In this document: positions 1 to 9,457 of the stretch, one piece after another
Numbering within the stretch: position 1 is the stretch's first letter
How the letters are laid out: each line of letters begins with the position of its first letter
NCBI GenBank assembly: GCA_965219495.1
Contig: OZ244777.1
Location: 163,923 to 227,922, forward strand
DNA: 64,000 bases
From: Rhodobacterales bacterium
GTDB lineage: Bacteria; Pseudomonadota; Alphaproteobacteria; Rhodobacterales; CAZPXZ01
Direction: 5' to 3'
The notes under the pieces: generated by a model
What the model saw: the letters and a program-made list of their open reading frames with translations, nothing else
What the model was told of the DNA's origin: nothing
Database searches by the model: none
Program-made: the position numbers and the translations under genes

Positions 1-1
1 T

Positions 2-796
2 TTCAAATTCCACGGCGGGTTGACCACGGTTTGCGATCGCCTCCGCGAGCAGTGCCGTTTGCGTTGCATCTGCCTGGGCTTTCTTTTCGACCGCATATGC
101 TTCTGCCTCGGCGGTTATGCGAATCGCTTCCGCCTTTTTCTGAGCTTCGTAGAGTTCGCCTTCTGCCCGAAGCTGAACTGCCGCTCTCTCGCCATCCGCC
201 GTCGCGATCGTTGCGCGTTTCTCCCGCTCTGCGGTCAGTTGCTTTCGCTGCGCCTTTCGGGTTTCCTCGTCTACCACGACGTCGACAATTTCCGTGCGGG
301 TGATTTCTACGCCCCACACTAGCGCGGCCTGTTCGAGGTTTTGCTGAATTTCCTCGTTCATGGCCCGTCGCGACGACTGCAATTCGTCAAGTTCTTGTTT
401 TCCGGCAGCCGAGCGTACGATGGACGTGGCCGCCGTGTGTATCGCCCGCTCAACGTCTCGTATTCGATAGACGGACTTGTCGGCCTGAACGACGCGGAAG
501 AAAACCGTAGTTTCGAGCGTTACTTCCACGTTGTCTTTGGTGATCACCGAAATCTTGAACGCCGCCAGCTGGCGCTCAAGGACCGAAATGCGGTGCGAGA
601 CATGATCCAGAAAAGGGACAATCAGGTTCAGCCCAGGGTCCAGGGTCTTGGTATATTTGCCGAATCTCTCAACGATAAAGACTTGGCTCTGCGGAACGAT
701 CTTTACGCCGAACCAAACAGTGGCAACCGCAAGCGCGACCACAATCAGCACGTTTATGCCGACCAGATCGAATACCGGTTCAATCAGTGCTTCCAT
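2..796 (-). CDS. SPFH/band-7 (stomatin/QmcA-like) membrane protein, 3' end runs off the window
   Basis: Not in the ORF track; translated by hand from ATG at 796: MEALIEPVFDLVGINVLIVVALAVATVWFGVKIVPQSQVFIVERFGKY...VITKDNVEV...WGVEITRTEIVDV...AEREKRA. It has an N-terminal TM helix plus SPFH motifs and no stop before the edge. Confidence 0.9.
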   Translation of the reverse strand, partial: MEALIEPVFDLVGINVLIVVALAVATVWFGVKIVPQSQVFIVERFGKYTKTLDPGLNLIVPFLDHVSHRISVLERQLAAFKISVITKDNVEVTLETTVFFRVVQADKSVYRIRDVERAIHTAATSIVRSAAGKQELDELQSSRRAMNEEIQQNLEQAALVWGVEITRTEIVDVVVDEETRKAQRKQLTAEREKRATIATADGERAAVQLRAEGELYEAQKKAEAIRITAEAEAYAVEKKAQADATQTALLAEAIANRGQPAVEFE

Positions 797-1303
797 AGGT
801 CTTCCGTAAGCTGGTTGAAACGAAACCGACAGCTACACGAAAGCCGGGAGCTGCCGAATGTGCCGGCATGAATGCCAAATTGTATCGGCAACCAAAGGCC
901 CGCACAAATCCGGGCACTCTCGGTCAGGGCGCGGATGCGCTCTTGGGGTCGGCGCGTGTTCCAATTTCGCTTGGAGCAGTCTGCGGTTTCCGACTGCTTC
1001 TTGCCAAGTGCGGCGGGTGGCGGCATTCAGGTCCTCATCGGAACTGTAGCGAGAGCAATGCTTCATTTCCGGCACGCCCAACTCTCGAAACGGACAGACT
1101 CTTGGCGATAATTTCAGTCTGGCGAAAAGAAATTTCTCTCACCGCGCCGGCTGCGACGGGGTGTTCTCCCGCCAACAAACGCGGGGGATCAAGATTGCCG
1201 ATCCATGATTCGCCATTGCGGCGCAATGCTGGTGTCCCTATCTTCTCTAGCATTGCTCCCGGCGCAGTCCGGGCATCCACAATTTCAAATGAGGACAGAT
1301 CGC

Positions 1304-2431
1304 ATGCCTTGGAAGGACAGTGGCTCCGGCCCTTGGGGCAGTGGGCCCGAGCAGTACGGTTCCAACGCCGGCGGGCCACGCGGCCAGCCGCCGGATTTTG
1401 ACGAATTTCTGAAGAAGGGACGCGACCGGTTCCGAAACATGTTTGGCGGTCGCGGTGGAAGGCGTTCGCGTCCCAATCGCGGCGGTTTGCTCATCGCCTT
1501 GATTGCCGCGATCGGCGTGTGGGTATACGCGTCCGTATTTTCGGTAAAGCCGGATGAAGCGGCGGTTGTCCTGACATTTGGGCGCTACACGACTATACAG
1601 GGTCCCGGATTGCATTTTGCGTCGTGGCCCATCCAGACGGCGGAAATACTCCCAGTGACGCGCGAAAATTCCGTGGAAATCGGATACCGGGGCGGAGCCA
1701 ACACGCCAGCCGACGACAGATCATTCCGGAACGCGGTGATGGACGAAAGCCTGATGTTAACCGGCGACGAAAACATCGTTGACATCAATTTCCAGGTAGT
1801 GTGGAATATCGCGAAACTCGATCTTTTCTTGTTCAATCTCGCGTCACCCGACAAGACCATCAAGGCAGTGGCGGAGTCCGCCATGCGGCAGGTCATCGGA
1901 CGATCGGAGTTGAAGCCCATCCTCAACAGGGATCGCGCCGTTGTCAGCCAGGACGTGCACAATCTGATCCAGGAAACACTCGATTCGTATGAGTCGGGGG
2001 TAAACATCGTTCGAATCAATTTTGATCGCGCCGATCCACCGCCTGGGGTAATCGACGCATTTCGCGACGTCCAGGCGGCCGAGCAGGACCGAGACACGCT
2101 GGAGAAGCGGGCGGGAGCCTACGCGAATCAGCGCCTCGCCGAGGCGCGCGGCGAAGCTGCACAAATCTTGCAAGAGGCGGCGGGATACAGCGCGCGCGTG
2201 GTAAAAGAGGCGGAAGGCGAGGCGGACCGGTTCAAACAGGTGTACGCCTCCTATCAGAGGGCGCCTGAAGTCACGCGCAAGCGCCTCTATATCGAAACGG
2301 TCGAGCAGGTGCTTGGGGATGTGGACAAGATCGTGATTGATGAAACGGGAGGCGGTGGGGGCCAAGGGGTCGTTCCCTACTTGCCGCTCAACGAGCTTCG
2401 TCGCAATTCAACCACAGGGGACAGGCAATGA
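1304..2431 (+). CDS. hflK: FtsH modulator HflK
   Basis: MPWKDSGSGPWG...PPDFDEFLKK N-terminus, SPFH domain (MLTGDENIVDINFQVVWNI) and GQGVVPYLPLNEL tail. GAGG lies upstream of ATG 1304; the ORF-track start at 1205 is too early. Confidence 0.95.
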   Translation: MPWKDSGSGPWGSGPEQYGSNAGGPRGQPPDFDEFLKKGRDRFRNMFGGRGGRRSRPNRGGLLIALIAAIGVWVYASVFSVKPDEAAVVLTFGRYTTIQGPGLHFASWPIQTAEILPVTRENSVEIGYRGGANTPADDRSFRNAVMDESLMLTGDENIVDINFQVVWNIAKLDLFLFNLASPDKTIKAVAESAMRQVIGRSELKPILNRDRAVVSQDVHNLIQETLDSYESGVNIVRINFDRADPPPGVIDAFRDVQAAEQDRDTLEKRAGAYANQRLAEARGEAAQILQEAAGYSARVVKEAEGEADRFKQVYASYQRAPEVTRKRLYIETVEQVLGDVDKIVIDETGGGGGQGVVPYLPLNELRRNSTTGDRQ

Positions 2432-3300
2432 GTAGGACCGCAATTGGCATACTGGTCCTGGTCGTCCTGGTATTGGGGGGCCTGGCTTGTGTCTTTGTTG
2501 TCGACGAGCGGCAGCAGGCGCTGGTACTGGCTTTCGGCCGCGTTGAGCGGGTTGAGGACGTCCCGGGGCTAAAGTTCAAGCTTCCGCCGCCGTTCAACAC
2601 GGTGGAATTCTACGAGGCTCGCATACTTCCCCTCGAAACTACGGAGTTGGAAGTAACTCCCCTTGATGACCGCAGGCTCGTAGTGGATGCGTTTGCACGG
2701 TGGCGGATCTTGGACCCAAAACGATTCCGCCAATCGGTACAGAATATGGTCGCAGCCATGTCGCGGCTTGAAACGATTTTGAATGCGGCATTGCGCGAGG
2801 TACTCGGTTCCGAGGTTTCGGGAAGCGTGTTGTCGGGCGAAAGAGTGGCGCTCATGCGCCAAATTCGAGATGCGACAAAAACTGAAGCCGCCTCACTCGG
2901 CGTGGAAATCATCGATGTGCGAATTCGACGTGCGGATCTTCCGGAACAGAATCTGCGGGCGACATTTGAGCGCATGGAGGCGGAACGGCAGAGGGAAGCC
3001 GCGGACGAGCGCGCCCGCGGCGCGGAGGCCGCGCAGAAGGTAAGGGCAGGGGCGGACCGGCAAGCGGTGGAACTCGTCGCGGAAGCGCGCCGCGAATCGG
3101 AAATTGTGCGCGGTAAGGCAGACGCAAAGCGCAACGATATTTTTGCGGAGGCATTCGGCCGCGACCCGGAGTTCTTTGCGTTCTATCGCTCTCTAGCCGC
3201 CTACGTGCGTGCGCTCAAGGGAGAGAATTCGACGCTGGTGATCACGCCTGACTCGGAGTTCTTCGAATACCTGAAGTCTAACCGGGCTTCCGGTTTGTGA
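2428..3300 (+). CDS. hflC: FtsH modulator HflC
   Basis: ATGA overlap with hflK; motifs DDRRLVVDAFARWRI, RMEAERQREA and FGRDPEFFAFYRSL. Confidence 0.95.
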   Translation: MSRTAIGILVLVVLVLGGLACVFVVDERQQALVLAFGRVERVEDVPGLKFKLPPPFNTVEFYEARILPLETTELEVTPLDDRRLVVDAFARWRILDPKRFRQSVQNMVAAMSRLETILNAALREVLGSEVSGSVLSGERVALMRQIRDATKTEAASLGVEIIDVRIRRADLPEQNLRATFERMEAERQREAADERARGAEAAQKVRAGADRQAVELVAEARRESEIVRGKADAKRNDIFAEAFGRDPEFFAFYRSLAAYVRALKGENSTLVITPDSEFFEYLKSNRASGL

Positions 3301-3336
3301 GCGAATCTGCCGGAATTGGGTCGGGTTCCGACCAAC

Positions 3337-3522
3337 ATGCGGGACCTGCTCACGGCCTTGGGACTGGTGCTGGTCATCGAGGGGCTGTTTTATGCGGCGA
3401 TGCCGAGCATGATGCGCCGGGCCGTAGAGGTGATGGCGCGAATCGAGCCACAGCAACTCCGCGTGTTCGCAACCCTCGTTGCCGCCCTGGGAGTCGGGAT
3501 CGTAGTACTCGCGCGAAGTTAG
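3337..3522 (+). CDS. DUF2065-like small membrane protein
   Basis: MRDLLTALGLVLVIEGLFYAAMP...; two hydrophobic helices, in the usual position after hflC. Confidence 0.8.
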   Translation: MRDLLTALGLVLVIEGLFYAAMPSMMRRAVEVMARIEPQQLRVFATLVAALGVGIVVLARS

Positions 3523-3626
3523 CGATGCCATGAAATCGGGCGGAAAATGCCCGGATTACTCCACAATTCCTGCCCAACAATTGCGCCGACTGGCTTGAGC
3601 CCCCTCCAGAGGCCGGCCGTAGCAAC

Positions 3627-5099
3627 ATGGTGGGAACCCAAATGAAAGAACTTCACAACTCGCGAGGTTACTTGAAGGACCTGCGAATTAGCATGCTCGC
3701 AGGTTCGGTGATCTTGCTGACAGGAATTTCACTTCCTCTTTCCGTCGCCGCAAACGTTGCGGATGGATTTGCGGATCTCGCGGAAAGAGTGATGCCGGCG
3801 GTGGTGAATATTTCAACTTCCTCGGACAACGCAGACAGCAACATGACGATCCCGGAACTTCCGGAGAACCTCCCCTACAAGGAGTTTTTCGAAGAGTTTT
3901 TCAATCGCCAGCAACAGGCGCCGAGATCGTTGTCGTCTCTTGGCTCAGGGTTCGTGATCGATCCCAGCGGATATGTGGTGACAAATCATCATGTGATCGT
4001 GGAGGCGGACGAAATCTCTGTGAACCTGCATAACGGCGAATCCTTGCTCGCCACGGTGGTGGGCAGTGACGAAAAAACGGATTTGGCGCTCCTGAAGGTG
4101 CAGCCGGACGGTCCCTTGCCGTTTGTAGAGTTCGGCGATTCGAACATTTCCAGAGTAGGCGACTGGGTTCTTGCCATCGGAAACCCGTTCGGTCTCGGCG
4201 GATCGGTCTCGGCGGGAATCATTTCCGCCCGGAATCGCAATATCGATACCGGTCCCTACGATGCGTTCATCCAGACCGATGCAGCCATCAACAAGGGCAA
4301 TTCAGGCGGGCCTCTGTTCAATCTTGATGGAGAGGTGATCGGGGTGAACACGGCGATCATCTCGCCGAATGGCGGCTCAAGCGGCATTGCGTTCGCGGTT
4401 CCTGCGGATATCGCGTCACGCGTGGTCAATCAGTTGCGCGAGTTCGGGCAGACTCGGCGCGGTTGGCTTGGAGTTCGCATCCAACATGTGTCCGAAGAGA
4501 TTGCGGACAGCCTTGGCTTGTCGGAACCGTTGGGCGCTCTGGTGGCATCGGTCATCGATGACAGTCCTGCGGCCGAGGCCGGAATCGAAGTCGGCGACAT
4601 CATTCTTTCGTTTGATGAAATGGATGTCCGGGAGATGCGGGACCTTCCCAGAATGGTCGCGGAAACGGAAGTTGGAAAGCGCGCAAAGGTCAAGATCTGG
4701 AGAGATGAGCGCACGCGCATCCTGTCCGTGGAACTTGGCTTGCTGGAAGAAGGAACGGAATCACAGGAGGGCGGCGAAGGACCGGATTCACAAGAAGTGG
4801 AAGAGGGTTTGCTGGGCATGACCATTGTTTCGCTCAATGACGAGTCGAGAGCGAAGTTCGGAATCGATGAATCTGTGAAAGGGGCGCTCGTATCCGCAGT
4901 CGAGGCGGATAGTCCCGCCGGCCGCAAGGGCATTCTCGTTGGCGACGTAATCGTTGAGGTCAAACAGGAACCAGTAGCAAGCCCGAATGACGTCAAGCGA
5001 CTGATTTCCGAGGCGCGGGAGCAGAACCGCCGCTCGATCCTTGTACTGGTCAACCGAGAAGGCAACCTGAATTTCGTCGGAATTCGACTTCAGGACTGA
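3627..5099 (+). CDS. Do/DegP/DegQ-family periplasmic serine endoprotease with two PDZ domains
   Basis: Catalytic triad motifs VTNHHV, DEKTDLALLK and INKGNSGGPL; signal-peptide-like N-terminus. The start could be 3627 or 3642. Confidence 0.95.
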   Translation: MVGTQMKELHNSRGYLKDLRISMLAGSVILLTGISLPLSVAANVADGFADLAERVMPAVVNISTSSDNADSNMTIPELPENLPYKEFFEEFFNRQQQAPRSLSSLGSGFVIDPSGYVVTNHHVIVEADEISVNLHNGESLLATVVGSDEKTDLALLKVQPDGPLPFVEFGDSNISRVGDWVLAIGNPFGLGGSVSAGIISARNRNIDTGPYDAFIQTDAAINKGNSGGPLFNLDGEVIGVNTAIISPNGGSSGIAFAVPADIASRVVNQLREFGQTRRGWLGVRIQHVSEEIADSLGLSEPLGALVASVIDDSPAAEAGIEVGDIILSFDEMDVREMRDLPRMVAETEVGKRAKVKIWRDERTRILSVELGLLEEGTESQEGGEGPDSQEVEEGLLGMTIVSLNDESRAKFGIDESVKGALVSAVEADSPAGRKGILVGDVIVEVKQEPVASPNDVKRLISEAREQNRRSILVLVNREGNLNFVGIRLQD

Positions 5100-5115
5100 T
5101 CTCCCGAAGTTGTTT

Positions 5116-5154
5116 CCCGCCCGCGGATGGCGGTCTTCCGCGGGCGGGTTTGTT
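5116..5154 (+). terminator. Rho-independent terminator of the hflKC-degP operon
   Basis: Perfect 12-bp stem CCCGCCCGCGGA (5116-5127) / TCCGCGGGCGGG (5137-5148), followed by TTTGTT. Confidence 0.8.
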
Positions 5155-5550
5155 CCAGGGCGGTGCAATGGGGATTAGCCCCGCGAGGCTCCCATTCGCA
5201 AATCCCTCACACCGCAGGGTCGCCAATTCACCCAAGACTTGGAAACGTCTGCGCAAAATCGCGCAGCCGGGGGGAAACGGCGGGCAATGTATTCGCCGCC
5301 TGGGTCAAGCAACAAAGTCCTGGAAAACCGGGAAATAGATGCCAAGCAGTCTGCGGGGAGCAGACGATCTGGCCGTTTCTTCCGATGCGGAGAGACATGC
5401 AGGCTTCTCTTGAATCCGGGAGACGTTCAATTCGGGCGAGCCGATTCTTGAATTGGAAGTACGCAGGCTCTTTTCGGATGCGTAGGGAAGGATATAGTTC
5501 GCGCGGCAGCCGCTAATTCGAATCGGCTTCAATAAGCATCCGGGACAGAA

Positions 5551-7137
5551 ATGGAAACCAACTCAGCAGATGCCGCACCACGCCGGGCGGGGGGCAGGCG
5601 GGCTCGATTGGAATTGCGCACGGCGCCCCTGCAGGAGCACCTTCGGCCAGTCTGGCCCGGAATTTCACGGCCAGCGAGAGGACCGCTCGACGCTACCGGC
5701 ATGAAGCAAATTCACCGGGCCGTGCTTCAGATTCTTGAAGAAATCGGTTTCGGGGAGGCCCCGGGCTTCACCGTAGAAACCTTGACGGGCGCTGGCGCGT
5801 TTTACGACAGCGAATTAGAGAGAATCCGATTTCCCCGTTCGCTGGTGGAAGACATAATCGCGAACGCGAATCGGGATTTTCAGTGGCATGCGCGGAAGCC
5901 CGCGCAAAGCATCAATCCGTGCAAGGACAAGCTCTACTTCGGGACCGGTGGCGCCGCTGTCCATATTGTTGACATTGAAAATAGGGAATACAGGGAATCC
6001 ACCTTGCGTGATCTGTACGATGCCGCGCGGATCGCGGATCGATGTGACAACGTGCACTACTTCCAGCGCACCATGGTCGCGCGGGATATGGAGACGCCGC
6101 TGGACCTTGATGTCAATACCGCCTATGCCTCGATTTCGGGTACATCGAAGCACATCGGCATGTCGTTTACAGACGGACATACCTATGACCGGTGTCTGGA
6201 ATTGTTTCATCTGGTGGCTGGTGGCGAGCAGCAATGGAAATCGGCGCCGTTTGTCAGCAACGGGAACTGCTTCGTTGTTCCTCCGCTGAAATTTGCGCAC
6301 GACTCGTGCGAAGTGTTAGAGCGGGCGGCACGAACGGCCACTCCGATTCTGGTCCTTTCGGCGGGACAGGCGGGTGCGACGGCTCCTGCCGCCATCGCAG
6401 GTGCAGTTGCGCAAGCGTTCGCCGAAGCGCTCGTCGGGTTGATTTACGTGAATGCCATCTCGCATCAGCACGCGGTCGTATTGGGAACCTGGCCATTCGT
6501 TTCGGATCTGCGCACCGGCGCCATGTCCGGAGGTTCCGGAGAGCAGTCGCTGTTGACATCGGCTTGCGGACAAATGGGGCAATTCTACGGACTGGCGACT
6601 TCTTCGGCAGCCGGGATGGCGGATGCCAAATTGCCGGATGTACAGTCGGGTTATGAAAAGGGCATGACCGTGGCGATGGCCGGTCTTTCCGGACTAAACA
6701 TGGTTTACGAATCGGCTGGAATGCAGGCGTCTCTTCTCGGTTTCTCACCTGAAGCACTGATAATCGACAATGACCTGCTTGGAGCCAGCCTTCGATGCGC
6801 ACGCGGAATCGAAGTCAGTGAGGGTTCCTGTTCCGTTGAAACGATTCGCGAGGTTTGTCTCCGCGGTCCCGGTCATTATCTGGGGGCCGACCAGACACTC
6901 GATCTGATGCAAACAGGGTATGTATATCCGGAGATCGGGGACCGGTCTTCACCGAAGGAATGGGTGGAAATCGGCAAGCCGGATATCGTCGAAGTGGCGT
7001 CCCGTCGAAAGCGCGATATCCTGAACAACCACTTTCCCGATTATGTGAGTCCGGAAAAGGATGAAACTATCCGTGCGAACTTCGACATTAAGCTGCGGCG
7101 GGAACTGATGAGGCCGGCGTCGAGTCCAGAGCGGTAG
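5551..7137 (+). CDS. Trimethylamine methyltransferase (MttB) family protein, non-pyrrolysine type
   Basis: N-terminal RRAGGRRAR, FGTGGAAV, DLRTGAMSGG and ADAKLPDVQSGYEK; 528 aa with no in-frame TAG. Confidence 0.9.
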   Translation: METNSADAAPRRAGGRRARLELRTAPLQEHLRPVWPGISRPARGPLDATGMKQIHRAVLQILEEIGFGEAPGFTVETLTGAGAFYDSELERIRFPRSLVEDIIANANRDFQWHARKPAQSINPCKDKLYFGTGGAAVHIVDIENREYRESTLRDLYDAARIADRCDNVHYFQRTMVARDMETPLDLDVNTAYASISGTSKHIGMSFTDGHTYDRCLELFHLVAGGEQQWKSAPFVSNGNCFVVPPLKFAHDSCEVLERAARTATPILVLSAGQAGATAPAAIAGAVAQAFAEALVGLIYVNAISHQHAVVLGTWPFVSDLRTGAMSGGSGEQSLLTSACGQMGQFYGLATSSAAGMADAKLPDVQSGYEKGMTVAMAGLSGLNMVYESAGMQASLLGFSPEALIIDNDLLGASLRCARGIEVSEGSCSVETIREVCLRGPGHYLGADQTLDLMQTGYVYPEIGDRSSPKEWVEIGKPDIVEVASRRKRDILNNHFPDYVSPEKDETIRANFDIKLRRELMRPASSPER

Positions 7138-7450
7138 TCAATTCGCCCCGTCCACAATGTACGATCCTGGCAAGCGCCACTGAAGCCAGCCGCGCTGTCG
7201 GCGGGTGGCTTCGGCTTGGCACCACGATCGGAATCCTGCCGCCAAAGACAAGGCCGGCCGCGCATGCGGACCGGAACCATACCAAGTTCTTGGACAATGC
7301 GTTTCCCACCACAATTGCGGGCACAAGAATTGCGTCTGCCTTTCCTGCCACTGGATCATCCATTCCCTTGATTCGGGCAGCGACCGTAGAAACCGCCGCG
7401 TCCAATGCTATGGGTCCGAAGCCTTGCGCGTTCACGCGGCACCGAGCGCG
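7088..7450 (-). pseudogene. C-terminal fragment of a phosphate acetyl/butyryltransferase (PTA/PTB family)
   Basis: FGPIALDAAVS...AARIKG...VAGKADAILVP...GNALSK...AAGLVFGGRIPIVVPSRS. The upstream boundary is approximate. Confidence 0.8.
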
Positions 7451-9160
7451 TGACACCACCATCCGGCAGTTACGGAGCATTGCGAGAAACGCGCACGGTA
7501 TATTGTGGGAAAAACGTGCCGAAATAAAGTGAAAAACAACAGGCCTGGACCGCAAGACGGTCCGAAACTACCTGAAATGCGGGCTCAAGAACCCGCTCTA
7601 CGGTCCGCGTGCGGCGCGGCCGCGGCTCATTGAGCCTTACGAAGACTATCTTCGCGAGCGGATCACGGCCTGCGAAGGGGGTGCACATTTCATATGGAGT
7701 AAAGTAAACCGTTCGTTTGCAATCAGTCAGGCTAGCACCGGCGCATTCCGAGTCGCCGTTTTGTGACACGATTTCCCGGGTTTGACCGCTTTTGCCGGAT
7801 TTTCGCGAATTTCCTCCGGTTTCCCGGGGCAGGAGGGGGGGTGAGTGCTCCTACCAACATGTGGTATATGGATTGAAGTCTACAACAATATCCGGGAGCA
7901 CTCTGATGACAGTATTGCCGTTTCCTGCGCGCGAGTCCAGCATTGCGAGAGATGCGACCGCTGTGGAGATCGAGACGATCCTCTCGAAGTTCGGAACGAA
8001 TGCGCGGGCGCTGTCTGCGTCCCTTGCGGAGGGGACCCAGTCTGCGGAGGGTTTCGAGCGTTCTCTGGCGGCGGTCTCGAACGCCGCCAGTTGTGCGTTC
8101 ATGCGCTTGGCGATCGAGTCGGTGGACGAGGAGAGCGACCGATTGGTGGTGGACGGCAACGTGTATCACCGGATCGGCACATCGCCCCACACGATGCTGA
8201 GTTCGTTTGGTCCGGTTTGGTATGAGCGTTCCCGCTATCGCCGCCGGGGTTGCGATTCCGTTGTCCCGGCGGACCTCCGGTTTGGCCGGATCAACGGCTT
8301 TTGGTCGCCGCTTGCGGCGCGGCGTGGGACGCTGTTGATGGGGCTGGCGCCTGCCGGGGAATGCGTGCGGCTTTCCGAGGAGCTGGGCGGCATGTCGCCG
8401 TCTGCGACGGCGCTCAATCACCTCGTGGAAACGGTTGGCGAAGCCTGGAATGTCGTGCAGGTCAAGGCCTTGCCCAGCATCCGCGGCGACGAGGAAATCC
8501 CTGCGGGATCGTCGGCGCTTTCGATTTCGCTGGACGGCGTCATGCTTGGGATGCGCAACGAGAAAGGTGAAGGGCGGCAAGGCGATGCGGCGGCGACGGG
8601 TTTCCGCGAGGCGTCCTGCGGCGCGGTGTCGTTGCTGGATGCGGATGGCGAGCGTATCCGCACGGTCTATTCCGGGCGGATGCCGGAAGCCGGCAAGGCG
8701 ACGCTGAAGCGCGGCCTGCTCGAGGAGGCCGGGCATGTGCTGCACATCCGCCCGGACCTGGAAGTGGTGGTCCTCGCCGATGGGGCCGCCGACAACTGGA
8801 ACTGGTTCTCCGAGGCCTTTCCGGAAGCCACCGAAATCCTCGATTTCTGGCACGCCGCTCAGCATCTCAAGGCGGCGCTGGACAGCGCCTGTGGAACCGA
8901 CAGCATGGAGGCGCGGCGCCGGTTCGAGAGGCTCCGGGGAAGGCTGCGCGACGAGGAAGACGGCGTCGAGCGGATCGTGCGGGCGCTCCGCCATCTGGCC
9001 AGCAAACATCCGCGCCGGAAAGCCATCGCCCGGGAACTGGCCTTCTTCCGCAAGAACCGGCAACGCATGCGCTACGCTGCGTTCCAGAACCGGAAGCTGC
9101 CGATCGGCTCGGGGGTGGTCGAGGCTGCCAACAAGGTTCTCGTGACCCAGCGGCTTAAAT

Positions 9161-9457
9161 GGGGGCTTACAAAGAAAGGTTTACACCGCGAGGGAGGCCG
9201 GCCAAATGAGGAGCAAGAACGATGGACACGCCAAATGAACAATTGCAGGGCCTTACAGCCTTGGTCGAGGAGCAGAAAAAACGCCTGGACGCTCTCGAAC
9301 GGAAACATGACAGGTTATGTCGTATAGTAGATCACAAAAATCGTATTATCTACGGTAGGGCCAGTAGTCATGGCGTACTCGATATCCTGGATGTGTTTTC
9401 TCCGTTCTAACCTGGGAACGCCGCCCCGGAAGCGTCAACCTTTCTTTGTAAGCCCCC
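9161..9457. mobile_element. 297-bp MITE-like non-autonomous element with a passenger ORF
   Basis: Perfect 21-bp TIRs GGGGGCTTACAAAGAAAGGTT; 6-bp target duplication TTAAAT (9155-9160, 9458-9463); no transposase inside. Confidence 0.9.
9222..9410 (+). CDS. Small hypothetical protein (62 aa, N-terminal coiled-coil-like) inside the MITE
   Basis: GAGGAG upstream of ATG; MDTPNEQLQGLTALVEEQKKRLDALERKHDRLCRIVDHKN...; lies wholly between the TIRs. Confidence 0.5.
   Translation: MDTPNEQLQGLTALVEEQKKRLDALERKHDRLCRIVDHKNRIIYGRASSHGVLDILDVFSPF

Noticed and set aside
341-871. 176-aa plus-strand ORF and other short ORFs at the left edge
   Set aside because: Antisense shadows of the SPFH gene on the minus strand, which the track missed because it has no stop inside the window.
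833-1081. 82-aa minus-strand ORF between the SPFH gene and hflK
   Set aside because: No recognisable motif or convincing RBS; treated as intergenic.
5551-7137. Pyrrolysine in the MttB-family protein
   Set aside because: The ORF is full length with no in-frame TAG, and no pyl genes are in the window.
7732-9063. 443-aa minus-strand ORF
   Set aside because: Antisense shadow of the GC-rich ISKra4-like transposase; no motifs. The same applies to 10584-11477, 12199-13137 and 18639-19826.
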